From Vicugna vicugna (Eukaryota), in assembly GCA_013265495.1 (NCBI GenBank), contig MU062962.1, positions 2,291,223 through 2,355,222 of the forward strand: a stretch of DNA of 64,000 nucleotides, in the 5' to 3' direction. The position numbers were made by a program, and so were the translations under genes. The notes under the pieces were generated by a model. The model saw only the letters and a list, made by a program, of their open reading frames with translations, did not search any database and was not told the DNA's origin. Position 1 is the first letter of the stretch. Every line of letters starts with the position of its first letter. Positions 1 to 13,099 of the stretch are shown here, one piece after another.

Positions 1-741
1 GGGAACCCTCCTACACTGCTGGTGGGAATGCAGTTTGGTGCAGCCACTATGGAAAACAGTATGGAGATTCCTCAAAAGACTAGGAATAGACTTATTGTAT
101 GACCCAGGAATCCCGCTCCTGGGTTTACATCCAGAAGGAACCCTACTTCAGGATGACACCTGCACCCCAGTGTTCATANNNNNNNNNNNNNNNNNNNNNN
201 NNNNNNNNNNNNNNNNNNNNNNNNNNNNNNNNNNNNNNNNNNNNNNNNNNNNNNNNNNNNNNNNNNNNNNNNNNNNNNNNNNNNNNNNNNNNNNNNNNNN
301 NNNNNNNNNNNNNNNNNNNNNNNNNNNNNNNNNNNNNNNNNNCATTCTAAGTGAAGTAAGCCAGAAAGAGAAAGAAAAATACCATATGAGATCGCTCATA
401 TGTGGAATCTAAAAACAAAAACAGAAACAGAAACAAAAACAAAAACAAAGCATAAATACAAAACAGAAATAGACTCATAGACATAGAATACAAACTTGTG
501 GTTGCCAAAGGGGTGGAAGGTGGGAAGGGATAGATGGGATTTCAAAATTGTAGAATAGATAAACAAGATTATACTGTAAAGCACAGGGAAATATACACAA
601 GATCTTATGGTAGCTCACAGAGAAAAAAGTGTGACAATAAATATATATATGTTCATGTATAACTGAAAAATTGTGCTCTACACTGGAATTTGACACAACA
701 TTGTAAAATGATTATAAATCAATAAAAAAATGTTAAAAAAG
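1..741 (+). mobile_element. Young camelid-type LINE-1, 3' end (ORF2 C-terminus, 3' UTR, A-tail); runs off the window start
   Basis: ORF 35-412 reads as the L1 ORF2 C-terminus ([46 protein letters not shown]). The 3' UTR follows, with AATAAA at 721-726 and an A-rich tail. Interrupted by an N-run at 179-342. Confidence 0.93.
179..342. other. N-run, 164 nt, inside L1 ORF2
   Basis: Counted directly. Confidence 0.99.
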
Positions 742-2160
742 GCATATGGATCAGAAAGAAAGAAATAATACTCCCCATATTTTCCAATGACATAATTACC
801 TATATAGAAAATCACAAGGAACATACAAAACATCTCCTAGAACTAATAAGTGAGTTCAGGAAGGTTGTAGGAGACAATATAAACATACAAAAATCAATTG
901 TATTTCTACATACTAGCAATGGACATGTGAATATCAAAATTAAAAACATAATATCATTTAAAACCACTCAAAAAATGAAATACTTAGGTATAAATCTTAG
1001 AAAATGTGTTTAGTACATCTATGCTGAAAACTATACAATGTTGATTAAAGAAATAAAAAAAAAATCTAAATAAATGGAGAGACATAACATGTTCATAGAT
1101 TGGAAGACTCAACATAGTTAAGGTGTCATTTCTCCTCAGATTAACATACAGTTTTTAACACAATTACTATCAAAAACTCCAACAAAGTTTTTTGGTATCT
1201 ACAGACAAGATTACTCTAAAAACGTATAAAGAAAGACAAAAAGTAGAATAGACAAAACATTTTTAGAAAGAAAATAAGGTGGTAGGAATTTGTCTATTCA
1301 TCTTTAAAACTTCTTATAGAGCCTCCATAATCAAGACTATGTGGTTCTAGTGGAAGGAGAACCACATAGATTGATGGAACAGAATAAAGAATGCAGAGAC
1401 AGACTCACACAAATATGCCCAACTGGTTTTTGGCAAAGGAACAAAAATAATTCAACAAATGGTGCTGGAGGAGTAGGACATCCATAGGTCAAAAAAGAAA
1501 AATGAACCCTGACCTAAGTCTTGCACACAAGTTGACTCAAAATGGATCACAGACTTAAATGTGAATCATGAAACCATAAATCACTAGAAGGAAAACTTAA
1601 GGGAAAATCTTCAGGATTCAAGGTTAGGCAAAGAATAGATTAGATTTCATTAAAATTTTAAAGTTTGCTCCACAGAAGACTCTGTCAAGAGAATGAAAAG
1701 ACTACATTCTGGGAGAAAATATTTACAAACCATAAATCCAACAAGGGACTGGTATCTAGAATATATTAAGAAGTCTCAAAACTTGATGAAAAAGAAACAA
1801 TCCAATCAGAAAATGAGAAAAGACATGAACAGACATTTCATCAAGGAAGATATACAGACGGCAAAGGGGCACATAAAAAGATTTTCACATCACTAGCCAC
1901 CAAGGAAATGTAAACTAACACCACAATTAAACATCTCTACACACCTACACAACTACCTACACACTATTTTAAACATCTTTACACACCTATCAGAATGAAT
2001 AAAAAATAGTGACAACATCAAATACTGACGAAGACTGTGGAGAAACTGGATCATTCATACATTGCTGTTGAGAAGTAAAATGGTATTGCCTCTATGGGAA
2101 ACATTTTCTTAAAAAACTAAATGTGCAACTACCATACGACCCATCAATTGTACTATCGGA
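742..2160 (+). mobile_element. Older, degenerate L1 (L1M-type) ORF2 fragment; the young L1 at 1-741 is inserted into it
   Basis: Typical ORF2 sequence with many stops (ctagaactaataagtgagttcaggaaggttg; catgttcatagattggaagactcaacatagttaagg; gacatgaacagacatttcatcaaggaag). ORF 1693-1896 is L1-like. Confidence 0.88.
1928..1989. repeat. Local direct duplication, 20 bp x2, period 42
   Basis: taaacatctctacacaccta (1928-1947) and taaacatctttacacaccta (1970-1989), 1 mismatch. Confidence 0.85.
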
Positions 2161-2332
2161 TGTGGGAAAATTCTCTGTGGGATTGTCAAATGCATGTGAC
2201 ATGCTCAAAATTCCTGAACCCCTCCACCCCATCAAATGCCACCCTTTCCCCATTATTGCAACAACTGAAACTGGTCCTACTCACTCCAAAATCACCCCCA
2301 AAGAACAGTGCCAGCCACACTGAAAACCACTG
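2158..2332 (-). mobile_element. hAT-Charlie MITE fragment, MER20B-like
   Basis: Reverse complement begins CAGTGGTTTTCA..GCTGGCACTG..GGGGGTGATTTTGG and follows the recalled MER20B layout. Confidence 0.6.
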
Positions 2333-2929
2333 CATTGGAGGCTGACAATAATTCTACAGGCTGGTAGGAAAAGGCTGCTTTATGAATGAGAAGGTGAAGG
2401 GTCTCAGTGAGGTACGATGTCCAACCAAAATCATTTCTATTTCATTGTTTTCCAGCACTTCATACTGCCTCATATAATCATCTTACTCCACATTTCTGAT
2501 AATCTACAATTTTCAAAGCTCTTTTAAAAATAGTATCTTAATTAATCCTTAAGCTGTTCTGGCTAAAACTAGATGGAAGAAAGCTAGGACAGTGACAGTG
2601 GCTGCAGTTTCTTTTAACCCATCCTGATAGGTGCTAACCTAAATCTGGCAGCAAAGGAAGGCCAGCCAGCCTGGAAGGGATAGCAGTTACATTAACTGCC
2701 ATAATCCTGGGATTGGCCAGGACCCTTACTCTGCTTCACTTAGAACTGGTTATTGCTTACAGAGTTCTCCCTTCTCATGATCGGCATTAGGAAAATCTGC
2801 TTTAATAGCAACAGCTACAAAAGATAAGTACCAAAAGAAAACTCGTTGATAGCATTTCTGACAATAGTTCATGAAATGCACAGAAAGAAATAACCCACAA
2901 GTAGAAGACTACACACTCTCACTCCCATT

Positions 2930-3880
2930 TCACAGCTTCCTGCCTCCACAGCTGCAAAATGCTCCCATTTGTGCTCATCTTTGTCTCCTTCACACCCAAT
3001 GTATTAAGGCTCCTCCTGCTTAAGACTAATTTGTCCCCCTCTGTTTCTGGATACCACTCATGTTCACTTCATTTTATTCATTATTCCATCTCTTTCATGA
3101 ATCTTCAAACTTTCTTATCTACTGGCTCTTTCCCATCAAGAGATAAAATACGCTCTTCTAGCTCGATGGTCTCTTCAGAACATAGCCCCTCTCCTCTTGA
3201 AACAGTCTGCTAACACTCCCTACCTCCATGTCCTCTCCTTCTTTCCACTCCTCATCCCAAAGGAATCTGGCAGCTGGCCCATCACAGCATTTTAACTGCT
3301 CTTGCTAAATACGCCAGTGTCTACCCTTGCGCTGACTCCTACAGGCACACGTCACTCCTTATTTTACTTGATTCATCCTTTTCACTTGATACTGTTAATC
3401 TCTCTGTTACTGAACTCTCTCCACCATGGCTCAGGCTCCCCTGGTTTTTCTCCTACTCTCTAATCACAGGGCCTTCCTCTTCTGTTGCCTGTCACTCAGG
3501 TATTGATTCCTCAGTGTTCTATCTTAGGATCACTTCTCTTTTCCCTTTTTATCTTCTCCCATTATTTCATTCACCATCTAAACTACCAACCACACCACTC
3601 TCTCAAGCTCTAGACCCATGGAATCCACCTCCTACGCAACACTGCCACTTGTCCCACTGGGACCCAAATTCAACAAGTCCAGAACTGATTTCCTCATCCT
3701 CGCCCTTCACACCTGTTCCTGAATATGCATATGACACTTACATTCACCAGCCACTGTTCTCCTTCCTCACATCCACATTAAATTGCTCACCAAGTCTACT
3801 TCACCTTCTCAAAGTCCTTCCAACTATCTTCATTTCCAGTGACACTGCCTTAGTCCAGACCCCCAACATCTATCAACCTA
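2930..3880 (+). mobile_element. LINE-2 fragment
   Basis: Pyrimidine-rich L2 sense sequence (ctttcttatctactggctctttcccatca; ctcttttattttacttgattc; gacactgccttagtccagacccccaacatc). Confidence 0.75.
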
Positions 3881-4032
3881 ACCTGATAGTGGTAATCATT
3901 TTACAATATGTTTGTGTATCAAATCATCACGTCATGCACCTTTAGCTTATACAATGTCATGCGTAAATCATAAATCATATCTCAATAAAGTTGGGGGAAG
4001 ATAAAAGTAAAATGTTTAAAAAGAAAAAAAAA
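3880..4032 (+). mobile_element. Short L1 3' end (L1MA/L1MB-type) with A-tail
   Basis: gtggtaatcattttacaatatg..tatcaaatcatcacg..catatctcaataaag followed by an A-rich tail. Confidence 0.8.
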
Positions 4033-6269
4033 ACAGAAGCCAACAGAAGCCACAAGTCTTTTCATGAAAGAGTTTTGAGAGATTGAGAAGCTTTGAACTA
4101 TTGACATGAGACTTTGAGAATACTGTGTACAGTGCTAACAATTATACCTCGTGTAGATAAGGAAAGAACCAGAAAGTATTTACCACTCAGTTAACTTCAA
4201 GCCACTAAGAAAACAAACATAAGATAAATTGGAAGGGAGAATGCTTCTTTTGTCAGATTTACACTTTTTCTGTATTCTGTCACCATAAAATTCAGTAGTC
4301 TGTACACAGAGTTTTCTTGTGGGATTTTCTTGTGGGTTATTACACAACCTCTAACCTTGAGACCATAAAACTCACTGAACTGCCCACTGTAGAAAACTGC
4401 ATTTACCAATCATTGCGTATTTGTTATAGGAAATTGCATTTGTAATATTTAACCCACAGTGGCTTCACTGAGCTTGTTATATAAGTCAACCAGTATAAAA
4501 ACGATTCAGATCTTCTTGGGGTTAGGGAAAAAAAGATCACTTGCCTCTTTTCTGGTACCAATTGTGGTACAAGTAAATACAAACATTGATGACAGCAGAA
4601 ACATTTTTAAACAGTATCAAAATGTCTCAACATTTTTCTCTCCAGCTCTAAAGCATAAGTGACTGAAAGCAGTATCTTCCATGGAGTTCTGACTAGGGAG
4701 GAAAAGGGCTAGAAGTCACGAGAGCCCAGTGATCTTTTGAGGGCTAGGGAGAGCCCCACGTGCAGAACAAAAGGGAGATGTGGGGTGATTCAAAAGGGGA
4801 AGACAAGGGCACCGAACAGAGTGCTGTTCTATGGAGGCACTGTATGATGAGGATTCTGGATCCCCTCTGTGGAGTTCCATTTACCTGGGTTCAAGCCTCA
4901 TTTTAAAATCAGGCTCTCCTTGCCCAACTCCTTTTTCTGTTGCATTCTCTCTCAGCGGCCTCCCTCACGCCCCTAGAATAGGACTTCAGACATATGCACA
5001 CGTACCAATCCATCAGACATGTCCATAATTGTTGGAATCCCAGTTGTGGACAGCAGTGAAGTCCTTTTGTCTTAGGCCCTTTGCAAATAAGTGGCTGCAA
5101 ACAGTTGCATGAAGTTAGCAAAGTCTCCTAACTCCATTCCCCAAGAGTCCCAGCATAGCCCCACCAAGACTCCTGCTGTTACAATAGGGGAGGAAAATCC
5201 AAGGTTAAGTGATTGAGCCGGGACATGTCAGCAGCTGGTGGCAGTGTGGGGACTGGAACCCCAGTCCCGAGCTCGTTCTCCCCCCACCACACTGCCCCCC
5301 TTCAGTGTACAAGCTCCCTCCTCTATGCTGATGCCTTTGATTTAGCCAGATGGTTGACACATTTTTTTCCCTTTCTGCCAAAAGGATAATTTGCTCTCCG
5401 AAAATCTCAAATTAAGCAGCTCATGACTGCTTCTTAAGATAAAGAGCATTGGATTGTAACAAAGCATTACAGAAAGCAACTTGACAGGACCATGCTGCTT
5501 CTGTTTCCTATCTCTGGAAACCAGATGCCTGCTGTCTCCTGTCCACCCACAGAGGTTTTGTGATGGGGTTTGAATTCTTGAACATTGTTTCCTGGAAAAG
5601 GCCCCAGAGCCACTGGTGTGTCTGCAAGAAAGGAGAAACACTTGGCCAACACAGTGCTGGCAGGCTCTAAGGCACTATAGAGTCCTGAACTCAGCTTTGG
5701 GTGCTAAAATATATACTGGCAGTTGCTGAGTTTCGGAAGCAAGAGGGAACTAAGACTTGAGGCTCTACCTACTTAGTTTAAAAAAAAAAGGCAAAAAGGC
5801 AGTCCAAGGCTCCAGCCTGTCTGTGCTGACCACAGTGCCACCTGAAATTTGAATCATCCAGTTATGCATTGCCAGCTGAGTATTTGATCCAGCAAGAAGT
5901 TTTTGACCAATATTTATTCAGAATTTTTATTTTTCACGAGTTAAAGCATTTTGCAGGAATCTTCCACTCCTCCCATCTAACTTAAGGTAAACTAGTCCAT
6001 AGAAACACAAATGGAGACAAGCACAAATTTAATTGACCATGTTTTAAGGGAGTTAACTCAGAGCTCACAATGCAAATTCACTATTCTGGAGAATATCTAA
6101 CAGATTACACCCTCGGCTTTGCAAGGAAACACGGAACCCATTCTCTCTCAGTCATTAAGCTCTTTCACTAATCTGTGATTCCCTTATAGTCAAGGACCCT
6201 TGCTCCCAAGCCTTCTCATAGCCCCTGTCACACTGAAAAACACTGATCCATATACCAAATGGGGGGATC

Positions 6270-6657
6270 TGGATACTAGTGTTCTCAGATCGGGTGGCTT
6301 AAAACAACAGAAATTTATTTCTGACAGTTCTGGAGGTTGGAAGTCCAAGATCAAAGTATTGGTAGGTTTGGTCTCTTCTGAGTCCTCTTTTCTAGGTGGC
6401 TGCCTTCTTACTGTGTCCCCACATGGCATTCCCTCTGTGCACATGGCCTGTTGTCTCCCTGTGTGTCCTAATCTCCTGTTCCTATAAGGACACCAGTCAG
6501 AGTGGATTAGGACCCACGCTTACAGCTTCATTTTAACTTGATCACTTCTTAAGGCCCTATCTCCAAATAGTGACATTCTGAGGTACCTGGTTTTAGGGCT
6601 TCAATATATGAATTTGCTGGGGGGTTGGGTGGGGGGGACATGATTCAGCACACGACA
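6270..6657 (-). mobile_element. MaLR solo LTR, MLT1B/C-like
   Basis: ggcttaaaacaacagaaatttatt..acagttctggaggttggaagtccaagatcaa..gacaccagtca..ggattagg..ctatctccaaatagtgacattctgaggtac is the reverse of the MLT1 consensus. Confidence 0.88.
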
Positions 6658-7189
6658 GCCTGTCTTTATGGAAAGTTTCCAAACTATATGAAAGAACAAA
6701 GAAACCCATTCCAGAGTTAAGAGCCCTGTGGTTTTGGGGGGCTGTGTAGAAAGACACTGCCAGGTCTAACATGTGGTTTAATTTTAGGAACTGCATGCTT
6801 CTTGTTCCCCCAAAATACTTCACATGCCTTCAGATTCCCTTATTAGAGCTTCATTTTTTGTTTTTACTTATATCAAACAGAGGCTTTCTTCTGTTAAAAT
6901 GCAAACAGCCCTAGACTGAGTCTCATCTGTCCCTGAGACTTCAGTACGACCATCGCTTCCTTCCCGAGAGCAGTTTCTGATGAAGGGCAGGTGACTGGGC
7001 ACCTATACGGCTCGGGAGGAGGTGAAGGGAGGAGCACGGAGGGGGGCAAAAGGAACAGAAACAAGAAGCCAGGGGCATGAGAACGCAGACATCACTGGCT
7101 TCACCACTTAGCCTGAATAGTGACAGAGATTAAACATCCATGCTCTGGTCCATAGAGCCAGGGTTGCTGCAAGGAAGCAGCAGCTCAGT

Positions 7190-7535
7190 CAGAGATCATG
7201 TTCTCCAGCACGCCCCCACTTTGCCTCTAGGTGGGGCCACATGATGGACTTCTAGACAATGGATTGTGAGCCATGATGTATTACAGTTCAAGGTCTAGCC
7301 TATAAAAATATTCCACATGCTTCCTGCCCTCTCTCTTTTCCACCTACCAGCTGGAAGCCAAGCATTCTGAAGCCCTAAGAACAGCAGAACCACAAAATGG
7401 AAAGAGCCTGGGTCCCTGAATCACTACACGGAATACTTGTACTGAACTGTGTTTATGTGAATAACTCCTGTTGGTTCAACCACTGAGATTTCGGGGATTG
7501 TCTCTTTTAGCAACTAGCAACTCCTTAATTAATAA
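7190..7535 (+). mobile_element. MaLR solo LTR, MLT1I/J-like
   Basis: gcagaaccacaaaatggaaagagcctgggtccctgaatcac..aaccactgagatttcggggattg..gcaactagc. Confidence 0.7.
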
Positions 7536-7644
7536 GTTAACATAGTCAATGTGTGGCTGAGTTTGGCAAGAAATTAATAACCCCTTCAAAATTGGATGGT
7601 TTGTGCTAGTTTATACCAAGTGTAAATCCAGATAATAAGAAGGG

Positions 7645-7795
7645 TATTCAGTATCTTGTAGTAACTTATGGTGAAAAAGAATATGAAGATGAATATATGT
7701 ATGTTCATGTATGACTGAAGCATTATGCTGTACACCTGAAATTGATACATTGTAAACTGACTATAATTCATAACTATATATATATATACAAAAAA
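7645..7795 (+). mobile_element. Very short 5'-truncated camelid L1 3' UTR
   Basis: tatcttgtagtaacttatggtgaaaaagaatatg..gttcatgtatgactgaagcattatgctgtacacc is nearly the same as 22507-22640. Confidence 0.88.
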
Positions 7796-9214
7796 GAAGG
7801 GTATTATGCATAGAAGGTAGTCAATAAATACGTACTTGATGAATAATTGTTTCCAAAGGGACTCTGCCTGATAAAACAATTTAAATTAAGATAACAAAGG
7901 GTAAACACAGATGTTACCTTTCACCCCACTCCTCCCAACAAACATAAAGAAGTGTCTCTATGTGTTCGTGTAGATAAAGGATTCAGCTTCTTTCCTGAAC
8001 AGTGAGAACAGGGCAGGAATATGAATACATCTGGAGACGACATATAATCAAAAAGTATAGTCATCTATGTATCTAAAAGTCCTGCATCTAAAATGTGAAG
8101 AATGAAAAAAGAAGACAAAATCACCTGTCTTGTAATATTGAAGTAAAACTCAAGTCTGTTAAATTGAAAATAATACTGTAAAATAGATTTTTGTTAGATC
8201 ACAAGCAGAGAGCTTTTTCTATCTAGCTATACAAGGGCCTAGACCAGTGCCTGGAACGTGGTAGACACATAAGTGTTAATAACTGAGTGCCTGGTGTGCA
8301 AAGTGCTGTGGTAGGTGCACACTATCTCCAAGAGACCTGCAGGCAGTAAGAGAGAACCACGTGGCATTGACCCACTCGAACCCAAGGAAGAATGAAATGT
8401 GTGCTAAATGGAGGTATAAAAAGCATGCTATGGGGAAAAAGGAACAGGTGATTCTGATGGGTTGGTAGAGGAGGCAGGGTATCAAAGAGGTGACTTTAGG
8501 CTGAACCCCAAAGTAGAAGAATGGCTGAGTGAATGGCATGGCCAAGGTGATGGGCAAATGGCAGCACCTGGCTGCACATGCAAGGCACTTCAGGAGATGG
8601 CTGGGAAAAGAAGGGGGAGCCACATAGCAGGGTCTGGCTATGACCACGGAGCAAAATGTTAGCCTCAAAGTTGGACCCTTATGAAAAGAAGTGGGTTTCC
8701 TTTCTTCTCCTTATCCCTCCAAAGTTTGTAAAGCACTTACTTCCTTTAAGCAATATAAAATGGCCTTTAATTAAGTTGTTCCAATCTGTGTAAGATGACT
8801 GTCATGCCCAAACTATTTTAATGCTACAGAAGTTAAAATAGTGTGAGGAAAATATGTTATAGAATAAGGCATGGGCATATTTTGGTGCTATCTTCTTAAA
8901 TTATATTAATTTCTGGATAACAAAACCTCATTTTGTTTCAGTTCTTATCATTAGAAGGGACCCTCTTAAGGTCTATATTAGCAATCCAGGTGCCTCTCCT
9001 GGTAACTGTGCTGCAGGAAAGGACTTGAATTCAGTCTATAGAGTACTTACAAGATCCATTCTAAAGAGACGGTATGCTAAGACCTCTTCAACTGTCAACA
9101 CAATTTTTAGTTGGTAATCCATGGTCATTCAAATCATTTTAAGGGGTACAGAAATAGGAAGAGATGGGCAGACAGAAGGCCTAGCTTAAATTGAGGCTTA
9201 GGAAGATGCCAAAG

Positions 9215-9420
9215 CCTTTCTTCCATTCATTCAGCAAACATTAATTTATTAAACATTGTAAACTGCTTATAACAAATATATACTTTGGAACAACACTGTT
9301 TTAGGTCCCAGAAGTAAATAAAAGAGATTGTCAAAGTCTTTGCTCTCATGGAGATTATTTTCTGAGAGGGAAGAGAGTTCATATACAAGATGTGGCAGAG
9401 GAGTAATATTTTGAGATCTT
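9215..9420 (-). mobile_element. LINE-2 3' end
   Basis: Starts with the reversed L2 tail ttccattcattcagcaaacatt; also contains ctttgctctcatggag. Confidence 0.65.
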
Positions 9421-10509
9421 CACTAAGGTTTCTCATGTCCACAGCCAGTCCCATTTTAACCCCCACACTTCACTTCCTTGTGCCCTTTAAAAAGCAGCAA
9501 GTGGCTTCTATTCTGTTAGCACTGTTCTCAGTGGCTTTGGGTGTATATCTTTTTTTATTCACAGAAGAGACAAGAGTATTGAAAATCAACGTGCTTGAAA
9601 AAGAAATGCTTTGCTTTATTTTGCTTTGTTTTGTTTCATTTCAAAAAGCTTGGCTTTGAACATCAGGAAGACAAAGCTTGGAGGAAGAGGGCATAGAGTT
9701 TACCCATAAACACAGTTTGGAAAGAGAAGAGTTGAGATGTCAGTCTTCTCACTACACAGAAAGGAGATCAAAGACCTTTATGAGTTGAAAGAAAGGGCTT
9801 CAAAATTTGTAGATAAAAGCAAGAGAGAAAATTATTGGTGATGGTCTCTAAAATAGATGCCCTTCCTCTTGGCCCCTTTCAGAAAAGAAATTTCAGTTAG
9901 GTGTCAATAGAGCGCCCCCCCCCCATAGGTCCTGGAACGAGAGCAGAGAATTTCTTAAAACCTCATGAAATGTTTCACACAGCAGGGAGTGTTCCCAGCA
10001 GAGCAGAATGGAGGCTGGCATGTTCAGGCAGAAAGAAAACCCAATATAGCTGTCCTCCAACTATGACCTCCCCGCTCCCCCCCAGGATCCTTTAGCACAG
10101 AATGGTATGGAAGAGCATCAAAAGGTTTTCTCTAATCCCAGTAAGGGTACAGAGTTGCCTGAGAGAACACCAGTGGACCAGCAGAGGCAACCTGCCTTGG
10201 ACAAAAAGGACACTGGATGACAAAGTAGCATGACAACCTCGGTGGCTTTTGGCAGCAGGGACAGAAGTCTCAGCCACTCAGGAGAGGTCAGAGTGGACAA
10301 GAAGTAGCAATAGATCAGACCCAGTCCCCACTCCCACCTGACAGGGGACTGTGCCATGCACAAGAAACCAACCATATCGTGCCAAGCCACTGAAACTTAA
10401 CACTGTGACAGTATTTAGCTTACTATGACTATTACTAAAAACAAGTAAATTATCACTTCTTTTGTTTGTTTGAATATGTGACATATAAAATGTGTACCCA
10501 GTATGTGAC

Positions 10510-11640
10510 AGATACTAACAAAACGAAGCCAGGAGACAAAAGACATAGTGATGGAAGGAGAAATAAGTGAATGATTTTTCTGTCATGAATAAAAATCTCA
10601 CTGTGAAGATAACATTGAAGCTAAACCTGAATATTGAGAAGGAGCCATCCATGTGAAGCTCTTGAATAGGAAAGTTCCAGGCAGAAGAAATAAGTGCAAA
10701 GCTTTGAGGTGGGGATGAACTAGGAGTATTTAAGGAATTGAATGAAGGCTGATGTGCCTGGAGCAGAGAAAGCAAGAGAGAATAGGAGAAGCTGAGTTAG
10801 GGAGATGGACGTGATGGTATCATGGAGAGTGTTAAAGGCCATGGAAATAAGTAAGTCTGAATTTTATATTAAATTCAAAGAGAAACTATTGGTGAGTATT
10901 AAGAAGGGAGGTGATATGATTTGATTTATCATTTATTTTTGCTCTATTTGGAGAAAGGATTAGAGTACAACAAAAACCGAAGCTGAGAGACTAGTTGAGA
11001 GACTATTAAAACAGTCCAGATGAGATATGTTGATTGTTTAACCTGGAGGTGACAGTTGTGGAAATGGAAGGAAGTGAGTATATGGGAGCATATCTTGGAG
11101 ATGGAACAGATTAACTGGATGTGACAAGTGAGGAAAAGAATGGAATGACCCCGAGGTTGGATCTGACAAGTGAGGAAAGAATGGAATGACCCCCCCCCAT
11201 GTTTTTATCTTTAAAAACTAGAAAAAGGTGATGTCACTTTCCAAGGAAGAGGTGGGAGAAGAACAGTTTAGAAAGAAGGAAAAGATGAAGATAAAGTGTT
11301 CTGTCTGGGCCCACTGCATTTAAGACGCCTGTTAGACATCCAACTCAGGGAGGCAGTCTGACATCAAGTAGGCTGTTTGATTTATGAGCCTGCAGCTCAA
11401 GGAAAGGTCAAGCCTGGAAACAAACATTTGGGGGTCATCTGCATACAGATGGTATTAACATTATGGGACTAAACCAAATCTGCCAGGGAGACAGTGTAGC
11501 TAGAGAAGAGGACCCAGGAAAGAGCCTGGAGGTCAAGCAATAAAGATGCAGCCAGTCAAGAGATTAAAAGAGAGCACATCCAGTGAGATTGAAGGTGGGG
11601 AATCAAACGTGAGAAGCTGGTGTCATAGAAGCCAAGAAAA
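10510..11640 (-). mobile_element. LINE-2 fragment
   Basis: Purine-rich antisense L2 (gaaagttccaggcagaag; gagactagttgagagactatt..cagtccagatgagat; gacgcctgttagacatccaa; catttgggggtcatctgcatacagatggta). Confidence 0.85.
11118..11193. repeat. Local direct duplication inside L2, ~35 bp x2, period ~42
   Basis: gatgtgacaagtgaggaaaagaatggaatgacccc (11118-11152) and gatctgacaagtgaggaaagaatggaatgacccc (11160-11193). Confidence 0.9.
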
Positions 11641-13099
11641 GAAACTACCTGAGTTATCTTTACTCTGAAATTAGCACAGATAGTTCAGAAGGTTTGCTGA
11701 GTTGCTGAGAGCCTTGAGTCATTAATTTCTATCTCATTATTCCTCATAGAGAGAAAAATGTCAGGGTCATGGATACAAACTCTGTACCAAATGCATACCC
11801 TTAGTCTCCTGAGAAGCTGATGAGCATATTAATAGCTCTGCTCCCTCCTCTCAAGCAGCTCATGTCTTACTGGCTCTGACTCAAGATAGTCTTTTCCACA
11901 GCAAAAAAAACAATACCTTTCAGGACAGGTAATTCAAATCAGCTATGCCTTTGAGAGAATGACTTTCTCTTTACATACATTATGTATATAGAACATTAAG
12001 CTACAGACTACCACCAGACAGGCCACATATGACGAATGTGGGATGGTTTGCTTACTATTAAGAGTTGCTTTTGGGAATGTATTTTAAGTGAAATTTTGCT
12101 AATACTCTTTGCCTTGTCTGCAGAAACAGTTTAACCTGCTGCAAATATTAGCTAACTCAACACTCCATAACCACTGACTTGTCTGCTTGTAAAGCCATTA
12201 AGGAAAAGGACATTTAAAGATCAAATGATATATGAAAATAAAGAACTCCTTAATCACCCACATGTTCTCATTTCCCACATTAACTCTGGCCTAGAGCAAG
12301 ATAATATTTTGGTAATATAAAGTTTCCAGATTAGCCAAGATGAGATACATCCAATTCTGTACCAGCTTTAATGGACCTTCATCATAACACCTGAGAGTAC
12401 AACAAGTTACGGCTTGAGATAATCACAATTGGGTATCTTCAGGGAGTGTTTGTGTGCTTGTTTTCATTGATGTTGTCATAGCTGAAGCAATACAGATGAT
12501 TGTTAGGCGCTTGAATAACAAGGAGGAACTTAAATAAAATAGTCACCCACACAAATCTTAAGAGATCTGTCAAAGTACATAAATTGTACATAAAAGTACA
12601 CAAATTAATTGATTCAGAATATTTTCATCCTCCAATTAAGACAAAGTTAATTTCCCCACCCAGTAAAATATATGTGTGTAATCTTCCTCGCAAGTTTGCA
12701 CAACCAAGTTCAGGGAGGGTCTCAGATGACTACCTGTGTCCCCACTGCCCCAGAATTTCCAAGTAAAGCACTCAAATATTTTCTACTATAGAATGTACCA
12801 TGTTCCCCTTCTCCTTATTTGCTACCAGGAACAAGAACTTTCAGATTCCCAAAGTGCATTCTTAAGAAACCCTGGGGTTTGGGGGGTGGGGTTTGTTGTT
12901 GTTTGTTCGTTTTTTACCTTCTAGGAAAATGGGCAAACCCCATAGAGATGTGGAGCTCATTTCTCACTGTGTATGGGGCTGGAGTGCTGGGTGCTGTCCT
13001 ACGTCCTGAAATCCTTGAGCTAGCATCATCAGGAGCTGTCCAAGGTCTCAAATGTCTGAGCAGCTGCTTCACCAAGTATGGTCTACAGCCTAATGTAAC

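Noticed and set aside
12095-12180. Strong plus-strand branch point and acceptor (gctaat..ctctttgccttgtctgcag at 12123)
   Set aside because: No matching donor or upstream plus-strand promoter in the window, and the frame closes quickly; a single motif is not enough evidence.
12320-12390. Possible minus-strand C/D-box snoRNA (ATGATGA at ~12385-12379)
   Set aside because: No CTGA D box at the expected distance (CTGGA instead) and no convincing terminal stem; the C-box-like sequence directly follows a splice acceptor.
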